DNA of 64,000 nt from Felis catus (taxonomy: Eukaryota), in NCBI RefSeq assembly GCF_018350175.1, contig NC_058368.1, positions 73,720,001 to 73,784,000 on the forward strand. Reading direction: 5' to 3'. This document shows, piece after piece, positions 38,677-50,793 of the stretch. A program made the position numbers and the translations under genes. Each line of letters opens with the position of its first letter. The stretch's first letter is position 1. A model generated the notes under the pieces. It saw nothing but the letters and a program-made list of their open reading frames with translations. It was not told the origin of the DNA and ran no database searches.

Positions 38677-40223
38677 CTGCAAGACGCGTTGAGAGGATTT
38701 ATGCTCTTACGGTCATTATTTTGTGCTTTGTTATTGCATGGCACTGAAAGCAGATACAATGAGAACAAGTGCTTATATGTGTATGTGTATGTAGCTCGCT
38801 ATCTGCTTTTAAGGTATATATTTATTCAACATATTCTTTTACTTATACTATATGGATAAATAACTTCTTAATATATATGATTATATACAGTATGCACAAA
38901 TATTCTCTCTCTATATACATAGATACAATCTTGGCTTAGTCACCTTTTATGATTGTTATGATCGTGAGAAAAGCGATATAAAACATCACAAAAGTTAAAA
39001 AAGCATATGCAAACAAAAACCGGTGTTGCTGTTTTCTCCTTTCCACATTAAAGAAAATTTAGAGTTTTTGACATCATTTTGTCCAGAGAAACACAGAACA
39101 CTGACTAGCTTATTTTGCCCATTGAGCAGTGGAATATATCTATATGTCTATGTGTGTATGATATATACATATATAATATGTACGTACACATCTTATATAT
39201 ATGTACATATGTGTATATGCATGTATATAACCTTATATATAAAGATAATATTTATTTATATTATGTTATATAATAATATTTATTAACAAATAGTATATTT
39301 ATTCAGTACAAATAAAATTACATGTTGAATAAATGTATACATTTATCTTTTATTTATTTTTTAGGTGAACATGTTTTTTAATTTAAATTTTAGTTATTTA
39401 ACATACAGTGTAATATTGCTTAAAGCAGATATATATGTAAATAAAAATATACATATGAAAAGAGCAGGATCATTTATATTAGTGTTCCATGAATTCAAAG
39501 GGGGCTCCTTTCATTCTTTCCAATTATGCCCTTGGTACCAGTGCAGAGCACAGAGCAGGGGCTGAGAAGACACTCAAGATAGAGTATTTGTTATAGTTGC
39601 TTCATTGTTAAATTGGCTTTGTTTTTCTGATGAAAGCTGGATAAAAGTCTGCCAGGAAGGTGGTATTGCTCCGTTCTCCAGACGAGAAAAGTCAGAGGAA
39701 GAGTGAATGCCTGCCCTGGGGTTCCCAAGGTCAGTTGGCGGTGGGTCAGAGTGCAAGCCCAGATCAGCCTGACGACGTGTAACACCCCCCACTGCCCAGC
39801 CCTGCTCGTCTCTTTCTCAATGTCTGGCATGCTGCAGCTGCGACACCTGCTTTTCTTTCTGCCTATTGGCTCAGATGGTCTGGCAGGGGAGGAAAAGTTT
39901 TTACTCGGTACTAGACTTGTCCATGCTAAACCCAACTCTGATGTTTGCACCTTGGGTCATTGATGAGCTCCGCCTGTTGCTGGACGGAGGGCCCCTTGTC
40001 ACCAGGCCACCCTAAGTGCTTTTGTTGAAGTTATTCTGCCTGGAGAATAAGGACGTGAGACAATGGAAGGACTCAGTCTGCATTGTGTGGGGAATGGTCC
40101 CCAAGAATCTGAGCAAAAGAGTCGGTCAGTATTTTATTTCTGGGGGACCTGAGTCTATTTAGAATGATAGGGTGAATGTTATTACAGGTGAAAGATTTTG
40201 AATGTCTTATCAGTATTTACAGC

Positions 40224-40620
40224 TGTTATGGTTGAATTGTGTCTTCCCAAATGCATATGCTTCAGTCTTGACCCCCAGGACCTCAGAATGTGACCTGAGT
40301 TGGAAATTGGGTCACTGCAGATATACTTGGTTAAGATAACATGATTAGGGTGAGCCCTAATCCAGTATGACTGGTGTCCTTATAGGAAGGAGAAGTTTGG
40401 GCACAGAGACACTTCTAGAAGAAAGACAGTGTGAAGACAGCCATCTTCAAGCCAAGGAGAGAGGCCTGGGACAGATTCCCCCTCACATCCCTCCAAAGGA
40501 AGCATCTTGCTGACACGTTGCTTCTTGGACTTCTAACCTCAAAACTGTAAGACCTTAAATTTCTGTTTAAGCCACTCTGGCTGGGGTACTTCTCTATAGC
40601 AGTCCTAGCAAATGAATACA
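40224..40620 (+). mobile_element. Complete MLT1 (MLT1B-like) solo LTR in intron 4
   Basis: TGTTATGGTTGAATTGTGTC...GCAAATGAATACA, 397 bp with TG..CA termini; perfect TSD ACAGC at 40219-40223 and 40621-40625. Confidence 0.92.
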
Positions 40621-40670
40621 ACAGCCATTACAGAAGCAGATTCCCAGTCTGATTGATCAAAACACCATAC

Positions 40671-40846
40671 CTGTGCCAGGACTGACCAGCTATTCTAGCC
40701 AGTAAAAACCCTAGGGAGTAACCAGCCAAAGGAAATAACATCCCTATGATCCACAGTTTGGGAGCGATGGTCCAGGCGCTCTGGTATAGAATTCCTCCAA
40801 CGACAGCTATGAGCACGATAAGGATTGCACCTGTGATGGACCCGAT
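40671..40846 (-). CDS. SLC10A2: SLC10A2 coding exon 4 (176 nt), [25 protein letters not shown]...ARIAGQSWH(R)
   Basis: Acceptor ttccag|ATC and donor AG|GTATGG; peptide within ORF 40628..41062. Confidence 0.97.
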
Positions 40847-41773
40847 CTGGAAGGAAGACACAAGCAGACCCGAAAGCTGTGATCGAGAACAAAACCCACT
40901 CAGGAAGAATTGGAACACCTGGCTTCCAGATTGAAATCTTCCTGCTCTCCTTCCTTTGGTAAGTCTTACAACGTCTCTTAGTCTTGCTTTCCTCATGTGT
41001 ACTTGAGGATAAAGTCTTGCCCAAGATGCCTTTTGTGATGATGATAATGAGAAAAGGGACATAAAACTCTACAAAAGTTAAAAAATCATATATAAACAAA
41101 AACCACTGTTGTTACTGTTTTCTTATTTTCACAGCAAGAAAATTTGGAGATTATAACTTTTTTTTTGTCCAGAAAAATAAAGAACACCAACTAGCTTATT
41201 TTGTCTTCCAATCAGTAGGATATATATATATGTCTCCATCTATATATATGTATATCTTTATCTGCATTTATTTCTGTATTTATATCATCTGTGTCTATAT
41301 CTATACCACTTTATCCATATCCATACCAACTAGCTAGAATATAGTTCCTGAAGGGGAATGAATGGTTACTAATGAATGGTTACTAATTACTAATGGGTAC
41401 TAATATCTACCAATTGCCAGATGCTGAACTGGCCGTATGGATTCAGAGGTAAGAAACATCTGATCTATTTTTGAAAACAGCTGTCTAGATACATTTTATA
41501 ATACAATCCCACAGAACAGAGATCAGAGCAAGGTGTCCTGGGAGTAGAGGGTAGAGTAAAAGCAGGAGGTGGCATTTGAGTTGGATAGAATCCTGCCCTG
41601 TAGGTGGGACCAGGAAGGGCACTCTGGAAGAGTGCGCTGCAATGTCTAACAACCTGAAGTCTCGCTAGATGGAGGTTTATGATATACTGAAAAAACCGGT
41701 TTCGTCGCTGGAAAGATCAATTATTGAAACTCACACTGTGGAGCATTTGCAACCTATGGCACGGGGCACTTAC

Positions 41774-41862
41774 CTTAAGAATGATCTTGGCTTTGTGGGG
41801 CCATTTGTGGTTAACAAATATTCCAATGGAAACGGGAACAACAAGAGCGACCAAAGACGTAC
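41774..41862 (-). CDS. SLC10A2: SLC10A2 coding exon 3 (89 nt), (G)TSLVALVVPVSIGIFVNHKWPHKAKIILK
   Basis: Acceptor ttttcag|GT and donor AAG|GTAAGT; peptide visible within ORF 41717..41983. Confidence 0.97.
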
Positions 41863-44408
41863 CTGAAAATGACAGGAGAGCAATTTGATCAACAAAATAC
41901 GTAGCCCAGGAAAAAGGAAGACAAAACGGTAAGCAGCCTGCAAAAGGCTTAGGTAGTATATCAGTCCCCCTTCTTGAATCCACAAAACAGACTCAAGCAA
42001 AACAGTAATAAAACTCTCCTTGATCCACCCTGGCAGAAGATTTAATCTTCCTGGTGAAGCATTGCTAACATGGATGGTACAAATCCCTCTTAGGGTTCTC
42101 TACACTGCCAATCTTTTACTTTCAGTTTGTCAAAATCTTGGCTTCTTTGGTCTCTGGATCTTGATATCCTGGGAAAAAATACCTTTCTAAACTTTGTGTG
42201 TGTGTTTATGTTCTTGGGGTGTACATGGGTATTTTATGTCTGCCTGTTACATCACGGCAGTGGAAACCAAACAAAAAGTTCAGAATTCTCCAGGCATTCT
42301 GTGGGCTGATGACTTCTGGTTAAGACTGAGTTCGGGTCTTCAAATCTACAGCAGAGAGGTGAGAGAGGAGGTTGAAAAAAGCATGCTTTAAATTTTCTGT
42401 GAGATAATATATTTGGCGACCTCTCAAGCAATTATAATTCTTTGCAGGAACGTGCTCACCCAGCCAGATAAAAGAGCCATGCTTCAATTTCCCCGTGTTA
42501 AATTTACTGCTGTTCCCATCACATGATAGTTTGTTACCCCATGTTATTTAACTATTTTTTGTCCAATCACTGCTTTTACATAATTGTGTGCCAACAACCT
42601 CAACTTCTCACGGGCTGTTTCTTTGTCAAATATCCCTTTAAAGCAGGAGGGGAAAGTGCAATCGAATCATGAAGTTTCGAGGGTGGTCGTTGCTCTGCAT
42701 TGGAGGAGATTCGATGAGGACCGGAAAATGGATTCTAGATCCCAGGGCTGCAAACATGAATTTAAAATGAACACAACAGTGATGAAAACATAATTTCTTT
42801 GTAGCCTTCTGGTCCTCCTGGCAGTGTAAAGGTCAGCAGTTACTTTGTCCCAGAAATTACTCAAAGGGATTAAGTAATGGCCGGGAAAACCTAAAACAGG
42901 AAAAAAAAAAAAAAGATGGTAGGAGAAAATGGTGGAACACAGGATATGGAAAAGAGTGGTTGATGGTCATACTGGTAAGAGCTTCCAGAAAAACCTCCTT
43001 TGGGTATCCTTACATCCTGCTACTTTGGGAGGAGACTTCTTCCCTGGGGTGTCCAGACTATTCCCTAAATTGTGGCAAGTTTGTAGGCCTCCAGTTGAAA
43101 CCGTCTTGATCCGAATTGATTGTATTCTGGTAGCTTATATCCAGGTGCAGATACTGTGCTTGGGATGCCAGTGTGGTTAGGGTATAGTATATTTTTAATG
43201 TGTCCCTTCTGTGAAAGGGGCTCCCTTCCCCTGCTGCCCCACCAGGCTGGGGCCCCTCCTGCTGAGAGTCTTTACCTCTCTGGGGAGGCCCAAGGCTACA
43301 AGATGAACGCACAGACCACCTGCCCAAATTGTGTTTCCTCTGCCAACCGGGTGAGGCCAGAGACAGTTTTTCTGGGACCAGAAGTTGGCCATTAAAGACA
43401 CTCTTTGCCCTTCCTCAAATTCAGTGTGTGGTTCTCACCCAGAAAGGTGGGTTGGTGTGATTCTTGACTCCCCGTGGGGTAAAGTTTCTCTCTCCTTCTC
43501 CCCCTTCCTCGTGTGCCCGTGCAGCACGTGTCTAACGCCCGTCCAGTTTGATGGGAAAGCAGTTGGGCCACTGGAACTGTAACGTGGCCTTTTTGTTTTG
43601 AGTTCCCAGAGCAGGTCTGGGAGGAAAGAAATTTGGATAAAAGCAAGAGGAGGACAGTCATGGACTGGAGCCAGAGGGACTGGGGTCCGAACCTGACCAA
43701 CTGTGGGAAGGCTGCAAACTGTACAGCCTCTCTGTGCCCTGGTGTCCCCCTTTGTGAAGCAGGTAGAATTATAAGTAGCTCACGCAGCTGCCATGGGAAT
43801 TAGGTGATGAAGCAGGTGTACGGTTCATAGCGTTGGGCACTTTTAAAAAGACAGCAGAGGGGAGCAGGGACAGCACCCCGCAGCCCCTGGTCTCCGTGTT
43901 CTCGGTGGCACAGGCTGGGGAGACGCCCTCTTCCACCCCAACCCCCTATGGGAAGGGCTTGGCTATGGTGCTGCACCTGCACAGTGGGGTGGGCATTGTG
44001 TGGAACTTGGGCTGGGCAGTGCTGACCTCAGAGAGAATGTGAAGGCCAGGGGGCATTTCCAGCTCAGTGCTCATTTGGGGCAAATTAAACCTTTACCCTG
44101 GGCCTTAGTTTCCTTGTCTAAAAAGTAACGAGCACAACTTGGGAAGTGATTGGGTTGTTGTCTTAACGGACTAGAAAAACCAATAGCAAGAAGGTTAGGT
44201 TGGAAAACAGGCCTGGGTAAAATGGTGAATAAGCAGAGTCAGTATCTTTGTTTTTGCTAGCTCATTTAACAGTTTAAAAAATCTTGCCCTTTTCTCTTTT
44301 CTTTTTGCCCTGACCTCTTTCCTGATGACCGTTACCTCCACGGAGGTGCTAATTACTCTGTCTCATTTTCTGTTCCTTTCAAAATTTAATCACATTAAAG
44401 GAAGTGCT

Positions 44409-44625
44409 GAGCACCTGGGTGGCTCAGTCGTTTAAGTATCCAACTCTTGATTTCAGCTCAGCTCATGATCTCTGGGGTTTGTGAGATTGAACCCCTTGTC
44501 ACACTGTTCACTGGTGTTGTGGGGCCTGCTTTGGATTCTCTCTCCCTCTCTCTGCCCTCCTCTGCTTGCTGCTCTCTCTCTGTCTCAAAATAAATAAATA
44601 AACAAACAAATATTTTTTTAAAAAA
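44409..44625 (+). mobile_element. Felid SINEC (intron 2)
   Basis: SINEC head and tail; degenerate TSD AAAGGA.GTG.T. Confidence 0.9.
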
Positions 44626-44721
44626 GGACGTGTTATAAGTCATTCACACTACAGTTAGAATTATTCAATATAGCCATGAAGTATTTTCCAGAAGGGAATG
44701 AATATCACGAAGAGAATTTTC

Positions 44722-44924
44722 TTTTAATGTTTATTTTAGAAACAGAGTGAGAGACAGAGTGCAAGAGGGGGGAGGGGGCAGACAGAGGGTGACACAGAAT
44801 CCAAAGCAGGCTCCAGACTGAGCTGACAGCACAGAGCCTGACTTGGGGCTTGAACTCATGAACCACGAGATCATGACCTGAGCCGAAGTCAGACACTTAA
44901 CTGACTGAGCCACTCAGGTGCCCC
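44722..44924 (-). mobile_element. Felid SINEC (intron 2)
   Basis: Reverse SINEC ending GCCACTCAGGTGCCCC. Confidence 0.92.
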
Positions 44925-45524
44925 TCGACGAGAATATTTTGAAGCTTAAATTATTTTGTTAAACAATAAGTAATAATAGAATTAAAAGTCCTTACTCAAG
45001 AGACAGGTTCTCTGAGAGGCCTGCAATGCAGGAAGTCTACATTGTTTAACCTGAAAAAGGTGCTTTCCAAGGGAGCAGACTGAGAGTTAAGGAGCATGAG
45101 GCATAGCAGGGGATTCTGTGGAGTCACCCTACAACCTGTTTGCAAGAGAACTATCTCACCTATATCTCATCTTTTATGACTACAGCTGTGTGGGAAATGC
45201 CTGGTTTGAGAAGGCCAGGAGCTGTCTTGTCTTACCCTTGACCCTATGTTACACAAACGACTTAATTTCTCACCATTATCTGTTGAACTGGAAACTGGGA
45301 AAAAAAAGCCCCTTTGGGGTGGGGGTGAACATCTCGGAGCAAAATGAGTGGAGACAGAGTCATGACTGGTAGATTTGACTCCTGGCGCATCACGTACAGA
45401 CTACACCAGGCAACGAACTTCTGAGTCAAGATGTGGCTCACAGTCGAGTGTTACCTATATTACGTTTCGTTGGGTAGTTTCCCAGCACCACACCCACGAT
45501 TGCTCACTAGGTGTCCTAATTTTA

Positions 45525-45740
45525 TTTTTTTTTTTCAACGTTTTTATTTATTTTTGGGACAGAGAGAGACAGAGCATGAACGGGGGAGGGGCAGAGAGAG
45601 AGGGAGACACAGAATCGGAAACAGGCTCCAGGCTCTGAGCCATCAGCCCAGAGCCCGACGCGGGGCTCGAACTCCCGGACCGCGAGATCGTGACCTGGCT
45701 GAAGTCGGACGCTTAACCGACTGCGCCACCCAGGCGCCCC
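45525..45740 (-). mobile_element. Young felid SINEC_Fc-type (intron 2)
   Basis: CpG-rich body; perfect TSD GGTGTCCTAATTTTA at 45510-45524 and 45742-45756. Confidence 0.95.
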
Positions 45741-46165
45741 TGGTGTCCTAATTTTAAATCATTAGTGGAATGTGTGTATATATATTTATGTTATATTTCT
45801 TCTATCTGCGTGTCTGGGAGCAAACTCATGTTCCTGTGAACTATGGTGCTGAGCGTTACGGGAAGGACATAGCCTCTTGCGCATCAGCAATTTTGGCTTC
45901 CTCAGGTCCAGACGGCCGTGCCTTGAGTCAGCCCTCCCTCTGGTACCTGCAGTGGAGGAAAACCAGGTTCTCCCTTGGGGTCAAAGTTTGGGGTTTGGAT
46001 TCTGCCAACTCTCATTCAGTCGCAGGCATGACCTGTAACGAAATCCTGATTGGGTAAAAACGGCCGCTGGTTTGAGAGGTAGACACTAGCTGGGTCTGGG
46101 CCTGGCCCGAGGTTAACAGAGAACAGGAGGGTAATATTCAGAAAGCTTGCAGAGGAATGACTTAC

Positions 46166-46284
46166 CTATGTTATCAAAGGGAATTATGATGGTCCCAGAG
46201 TCGACCCACATTTTGGTATAGATAAAGAGGCACAGCGGCATCATTCCCAGGGCAAGCAGCGTGGAGCATGTGGTCATACTGATG
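46166..46284 (-). CDS. SLC10A2: SLC10A2 coding exon 2 (119 nt), (S)[39 protein letters not shown](G)
   Basis: Acceptor ttccag|C and donor ATAG|GTAAG; phase matches exons 1 and 3. Translated by hand because the ORF track shows another frame. Confidence 0.97.
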
Positions 46285-47159
46285 CTGGAAGGAAATGGGC
46301 AGGTTGATACGTCCGCCTGGGTTTTCTAGGGGGAGACTTAGTTTCATCTTGCAATTCGTGACTAGGAAATCCTGCGGAAGACTCAACCAGCAGCATCCTC
46401 TAGGCTGATGGACGGATGTGTGCATGCGCCCATCTTTGTACAGGTCCCAGCTTTGGGGAAAATGCGGAGATCTGGATTTGTTGTTTTTCTACTCTGTCTT
46501 GGGCCATTCCTCCCTCTCCACTGGTTCTCGAGGATCAGAGCAGACAGTTAATGACTGTTTAAATTCATTATTAGAAGAGGTACAGGGTTCTTGGACACAC
46601 CACGCTTTGGACCTCCAATCAGAGAAAAGCAAACACATCTATACCAGCCGAAACTTTAGGGGCTTTGCTGTGTCTGTCCGTGTTGAGATGGGATGGGACT
46701 CCCTGGTCTCTCGGAGGAGAGCACATGTTCAAGGGAGGGAGCCTCAGTGTCTTTTTTAAGGCAGACAGATTACTGCCCCAATGCCTGTAGCTTAAAAAGA
46801 AAGAGGAAGCTGACTTGAAGAACTAAAGAAAATATGCAAGCGGGGGTGGAGGGGTGGTGGGCCTGGATTCTATTTCCACTGAGAAATTTACCCAATGTGT
46901 GTTCAGAAGGACTAGGGTTTGATACTATTACTCCTGAGAGCATCTGTGTTTTAGTGAGCGGACTGGCTGGGTGAGTGGATTTTGGCTTTGGACCTGGAGG
47001 AGTTTACATGGAATGGTGCTATCTTCTGCAATGTGACAATGGATGGAAGACAGGTGTTTGGGTGGCGGGTCTTCCTGGTTCCCCTCAAGGGGCCATGTGC
47101 ACAGAGGCACATTCTCTTCCTGGGGAACAGACCTGTTAAATGTCTGGGCCAGGCACTAA

Positions 47160-47370
47160 AGCCAGACACTGCTGGGGTTGGAAGCAGGTGTAGCCACTTA
47201 CTACATAAGTACTATGCTCTTTGGGTAATTTACTTGACTTTTCTTGGCCAGCTTCCTTATCTGTGAAATGAAGATTATAACTATTGCCACCTCATAGGCC
47301 GTGAGGACTAATGACCCAGTGAGTTCAGTACTTAGAATAATGCAAGACTCTCATTAAAAGTCAACTACTG
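47160..47370. mobile_element. MIR relic
   Basis: CCACTTACTA...TTGGGTAATTTACTTGAC...TTCCTTATCTGTGAAATGAAGATTATAA...ACCTCATAGG. Confidence 0.6.
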
Positions 47371-47387
47371 TATTAGCTCTCCAGCCA

Positions 47388-47389
<2 letters not shown>

Positions 47390-47420
<31 letters not shown>

Positions 47421-47437
47421 CGCGCGCGCACATGTGT
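47390..47437. repeat. (TG)n(CG)n alternating purine-pyrimidine tract
   Basis: 48 nt of uninterrupted RY alternation. Confidence 0.92.
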
Positions 47438-48123
47438 TGTGTTCCAACAAAATACAGGATCCAGAAATGAGACATTTTTCTGAAAGGCCTTTCTCCAAAA
47501 GCTGTAGCATTGAGACTATCAGAGTAGTAATTTCTTAAAGGTATTATATGTGGACTTGAAGGAAAATGCAGAATTATTTACATCACCTGTGACCCTGCCC
47601 TCTGCTGTGCTCCACAAACACCAAAACCACACTACATAGTGCTAAGGAAAACAGCTGGGGGGTGAGGAATTTCATTTTAATGCATCCAACTAAGCACAGT
47701 CTTGGCAAAAAATAAAGGGTGGTGGCAACGCTTAACGGGGGCTTAACTTGGCTAATAACCATTTTTTTTTTTAAACTGGGAATGATCTCACTTAAGATGT
47801 GTTTAAAGAATTTAGGATAAAAAAAAGAATTTAGGATAAAAGTACTTGTCTTCATGGAGCTAAAATAGTATAACACCAACAAGTGCTGGAGATGTATGTG
47901 AAACATTTCTAAGAAGTTCCATCTGTTATGGGACAGATTAACTTAATTTAGATACAAAAAAAGGATGCTAAGGCAGCATCCTAAACCAGAATAATAATTT
48001 TCAGAAATAGTCTTGCTTATAATTAAAATATTGGAGTTTGTAAGCTCTCTCCCTTCCTTTGACATTCTCTCTTTTATCTTTTATTTCAAAAATAAATTAG
48101 AATGGATTTAAAATTATCATCAT

Positions 48124-48345
48124 GGGGTGCCAGGGTGGCTCAGTGGGTTGAGCAGCTGACTTAGGCCCAGGTCATGATCTCATAGCCTGTGAGCTCAAGC
48201 CCCACGTCGAGCTCTGTGCTGACAGCTCAGAGACTGGAACCTGCTTCAGATTCTGTGTCTCCCTCTCTCTCTCCCCCTCCCCTGCTTGCACTCTGTCTTT
48301 CTCTCTCTCTCAAAAATAAATAATAAAAACATTAAAAAAATTAAA
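48124..48345 (+). mobile_element. Felid SINEC (intron 1)
   Basis: GGGGTGCCAGGGTGGCTCAG head; degenerate TSD TTATCA.CAT. Confidence 0.92.
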
Positions 48346-49239
48346 TTTATCACCATAATAAAATCATTTTATTCCAGTATGTCCAGTGTGCTTTCCAGAG
48401 TAGAGGGGATGTGAGGGGTGCACGGAGGGGGCAGTGTTTTCTACCTGGATGATATAGTAAAGAGAAGGGTAAGGACTTTTTATTTTAAACTCTGAGAACA
48501 ACTGTTTCTCTCTTTGTTTTTTCTTTCAAATTTCCTTGGGAAAGCTTCAATTTTAAATTATTGCTAAGACAGTTTATGAAATTGTGTTATGGTTTTGAGT
48601 TTGGCAAGAGTAGTTTCTTGAGGCCCCGAGGTAGGACATGGCAGCAGCTGGAGAAGGGAATGGTCTAGCTTTAGTGGGCCACCTTGACCATGAGGCACTG
48701 CAGAGGGGCAAGAGAACAGGTGGCCGGAAGTTGATGCCATTTGAACTAACATGAGAACAATATCAAACCACTCAAAATGAGATGAAAAACAATTCACAGG
48801 TAATAATTTTAGGGAGCAGTGTAGGGGAATAGATCAGCAAAAGAAAAAAAAAATCCTTTTATGAATAAAATCTGAAGTTTTATAAGAAGCATAGATATCA
48901 ACAATAGAAATACTACCATGAGTTTATGCTGGAATGAGGAAAAAGGTAACAAAAGAAAAAAAAAATCTCTTGTCTTTAATTTTTGGCTTTAGCTCTATTC
49001 GCCACCAGGGAAATTTGTTTTCCTTTCTTTTCTTTTCTTTTGGAGATAAAGACAATAAATGAGAATTCACTAAATGTTGAGGAATTAGGTGAAGTCACTG
49101 ATGAGGAAAGTAAAGACTGTTACCATATTAGAAGTAAAACACCAAATTTGACAGATCAAATGAAGTGTATGTAGGTGGTGCTAGAAAGTGGGGACATGGT
49201 AAGTGATAGAAAAAATGTTGAACAAAGATTAAGAGTCTG

Positions 49240-49460
49240 GATAAGGATACCTGGCTAGGTCTGGATTCAAATCTGTCTCTGATATGTACTGCCTCTGTGA
49301 CTGGGGTTAAGGTTATGAGCCTTAATTTTATCATCTGTCAAGTGCAGAAAATAATAGTACTGACTTCAAGAGGATTATCTCGAGGGTTAAATACACCAAT
49401 GTATGTGGAATCCTTGTACTGTGTGTGGCTCATAATGGTGAGCTAATACATACTAGCTAG
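49240..49460. mobile_element. MIR relic
   Basis: CTGGATTCAAATCTG...TGTGACT...TCATCTGTCAAGTG...ATAATAGTAC core. Confidence 0.6.
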
Positions 49461-50576
49461 TAAAATAAAAATAAATGCTACATAAGAGAAACAAAGCTTG
49501 GTGACTTTGAGGGGAAAAAGAGAAAAAGTCAAATACTATTGGGTTAGTTCTCAGAGTAGAGAGAAACTGGACATTTATGTGATTTAAATGGGAGAGGTTG
49601 CTTCAAATTTGTGATAAGCCAGAGGGTGGAGGATCTTGAACAACTAAAATAACAATAAACAATGAACAATGAACTGACCTGGAAGATGAAAAATGTAGCA
49701 ATCTTAGCCAGAGAACAAAGGATGTGGAAGGAAAATCTAGAAACAATTAACACTGGAAAATAGTATAAGGGAGTGTAGCTAGTAGATGGCAACTCCAGAT
49801 GGAGTTGGGGGGAGTGGAGGAAAGGTACATAAGCAGGGATCCCTCCAAGAAGTCAAAGAAAGGAAAATGACAAGGAAAAGTCCTTGCATGGTGTGGCTGA
49901 AAGGAGATTCGAAAATGGGGGATCTCTGGGAATAGAGCCTCAAAGGAGGCAGGTGTCTTTGTGTCCTCTGGACTATGGGTCCTGCCACCGGCAGATTCGC
50001 CTGAAAATGTCACCTTCATTTCTCCCAGAAACATTTTGTGTATAGAATGCGCACAGCACAGCTAGAACAGGTGAAAATACCTGTACTCTACTCACATTCC
50101 TGCAACACTTTTCTAGGCTGGAACAGTCTGAGAAGGAGCTCAAATATCACTTGCTGTATTTCAATGAGCAAGGACTATAATTTCGTTAAGGATAACTGTT
50201 AAGTTTGTTGTTGTTGTGGTTGTTGTCTATTATTTTTTTTCACTGGAGATTGCAAAATGCAATGGCTTGCCAGGTTCAGAAGAAATGGTGGCAGGGGAAT
50301 GAGGGGATGAGCGGGAGAGGGGGAGACAACAGTGTTAGGGGGACAATGGGGTGAAGGGGAGAGGGAGAGGGGGCTGGGTGGGCTGGGGGGGTTGATTTGG
50401 TTTCTTCTCCCAGAAAGCACACCCAGGAAAGTCACTGTAGATGAAGTTGTTTTGCTTTCATGGTGTGGTATCTGTTCTAGCAACTGGTAAGCAATGCAGA
50501 TACCTGTTGTGAAACAATCATATCCTGGCTGCGATTGGTATGGTTCCAGTGGAAATGGAGAACGTAAAGTTCTTAA

Positions 50577-50793
50577 TTTTTTTTAAGTTTGTTTGTTTGT
50601 TTGTTTGTTTGTTTAGAGACAGAGAGCGTGCACAAGTGGAGAAGGGGTAGAGAGAGAGGGAGTAAGAGAGAATTCCAAGCAGACTCTGCACTGTCAGCGT
50701 GGAGCCCCACATGTGGCTCGAACTCACAAAACTGCGAGATCAGGACCTGAGCCCAAGTTGGATGCTTAACCAACTGAGCCACCCAGGCACCCC
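50577..50793 (-). mobile_element. Felid SINEC (intron 1)
   Basis: (TTTG)n tail; TSD GTAAAGTTCTTAA. Confidence 0.93.
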
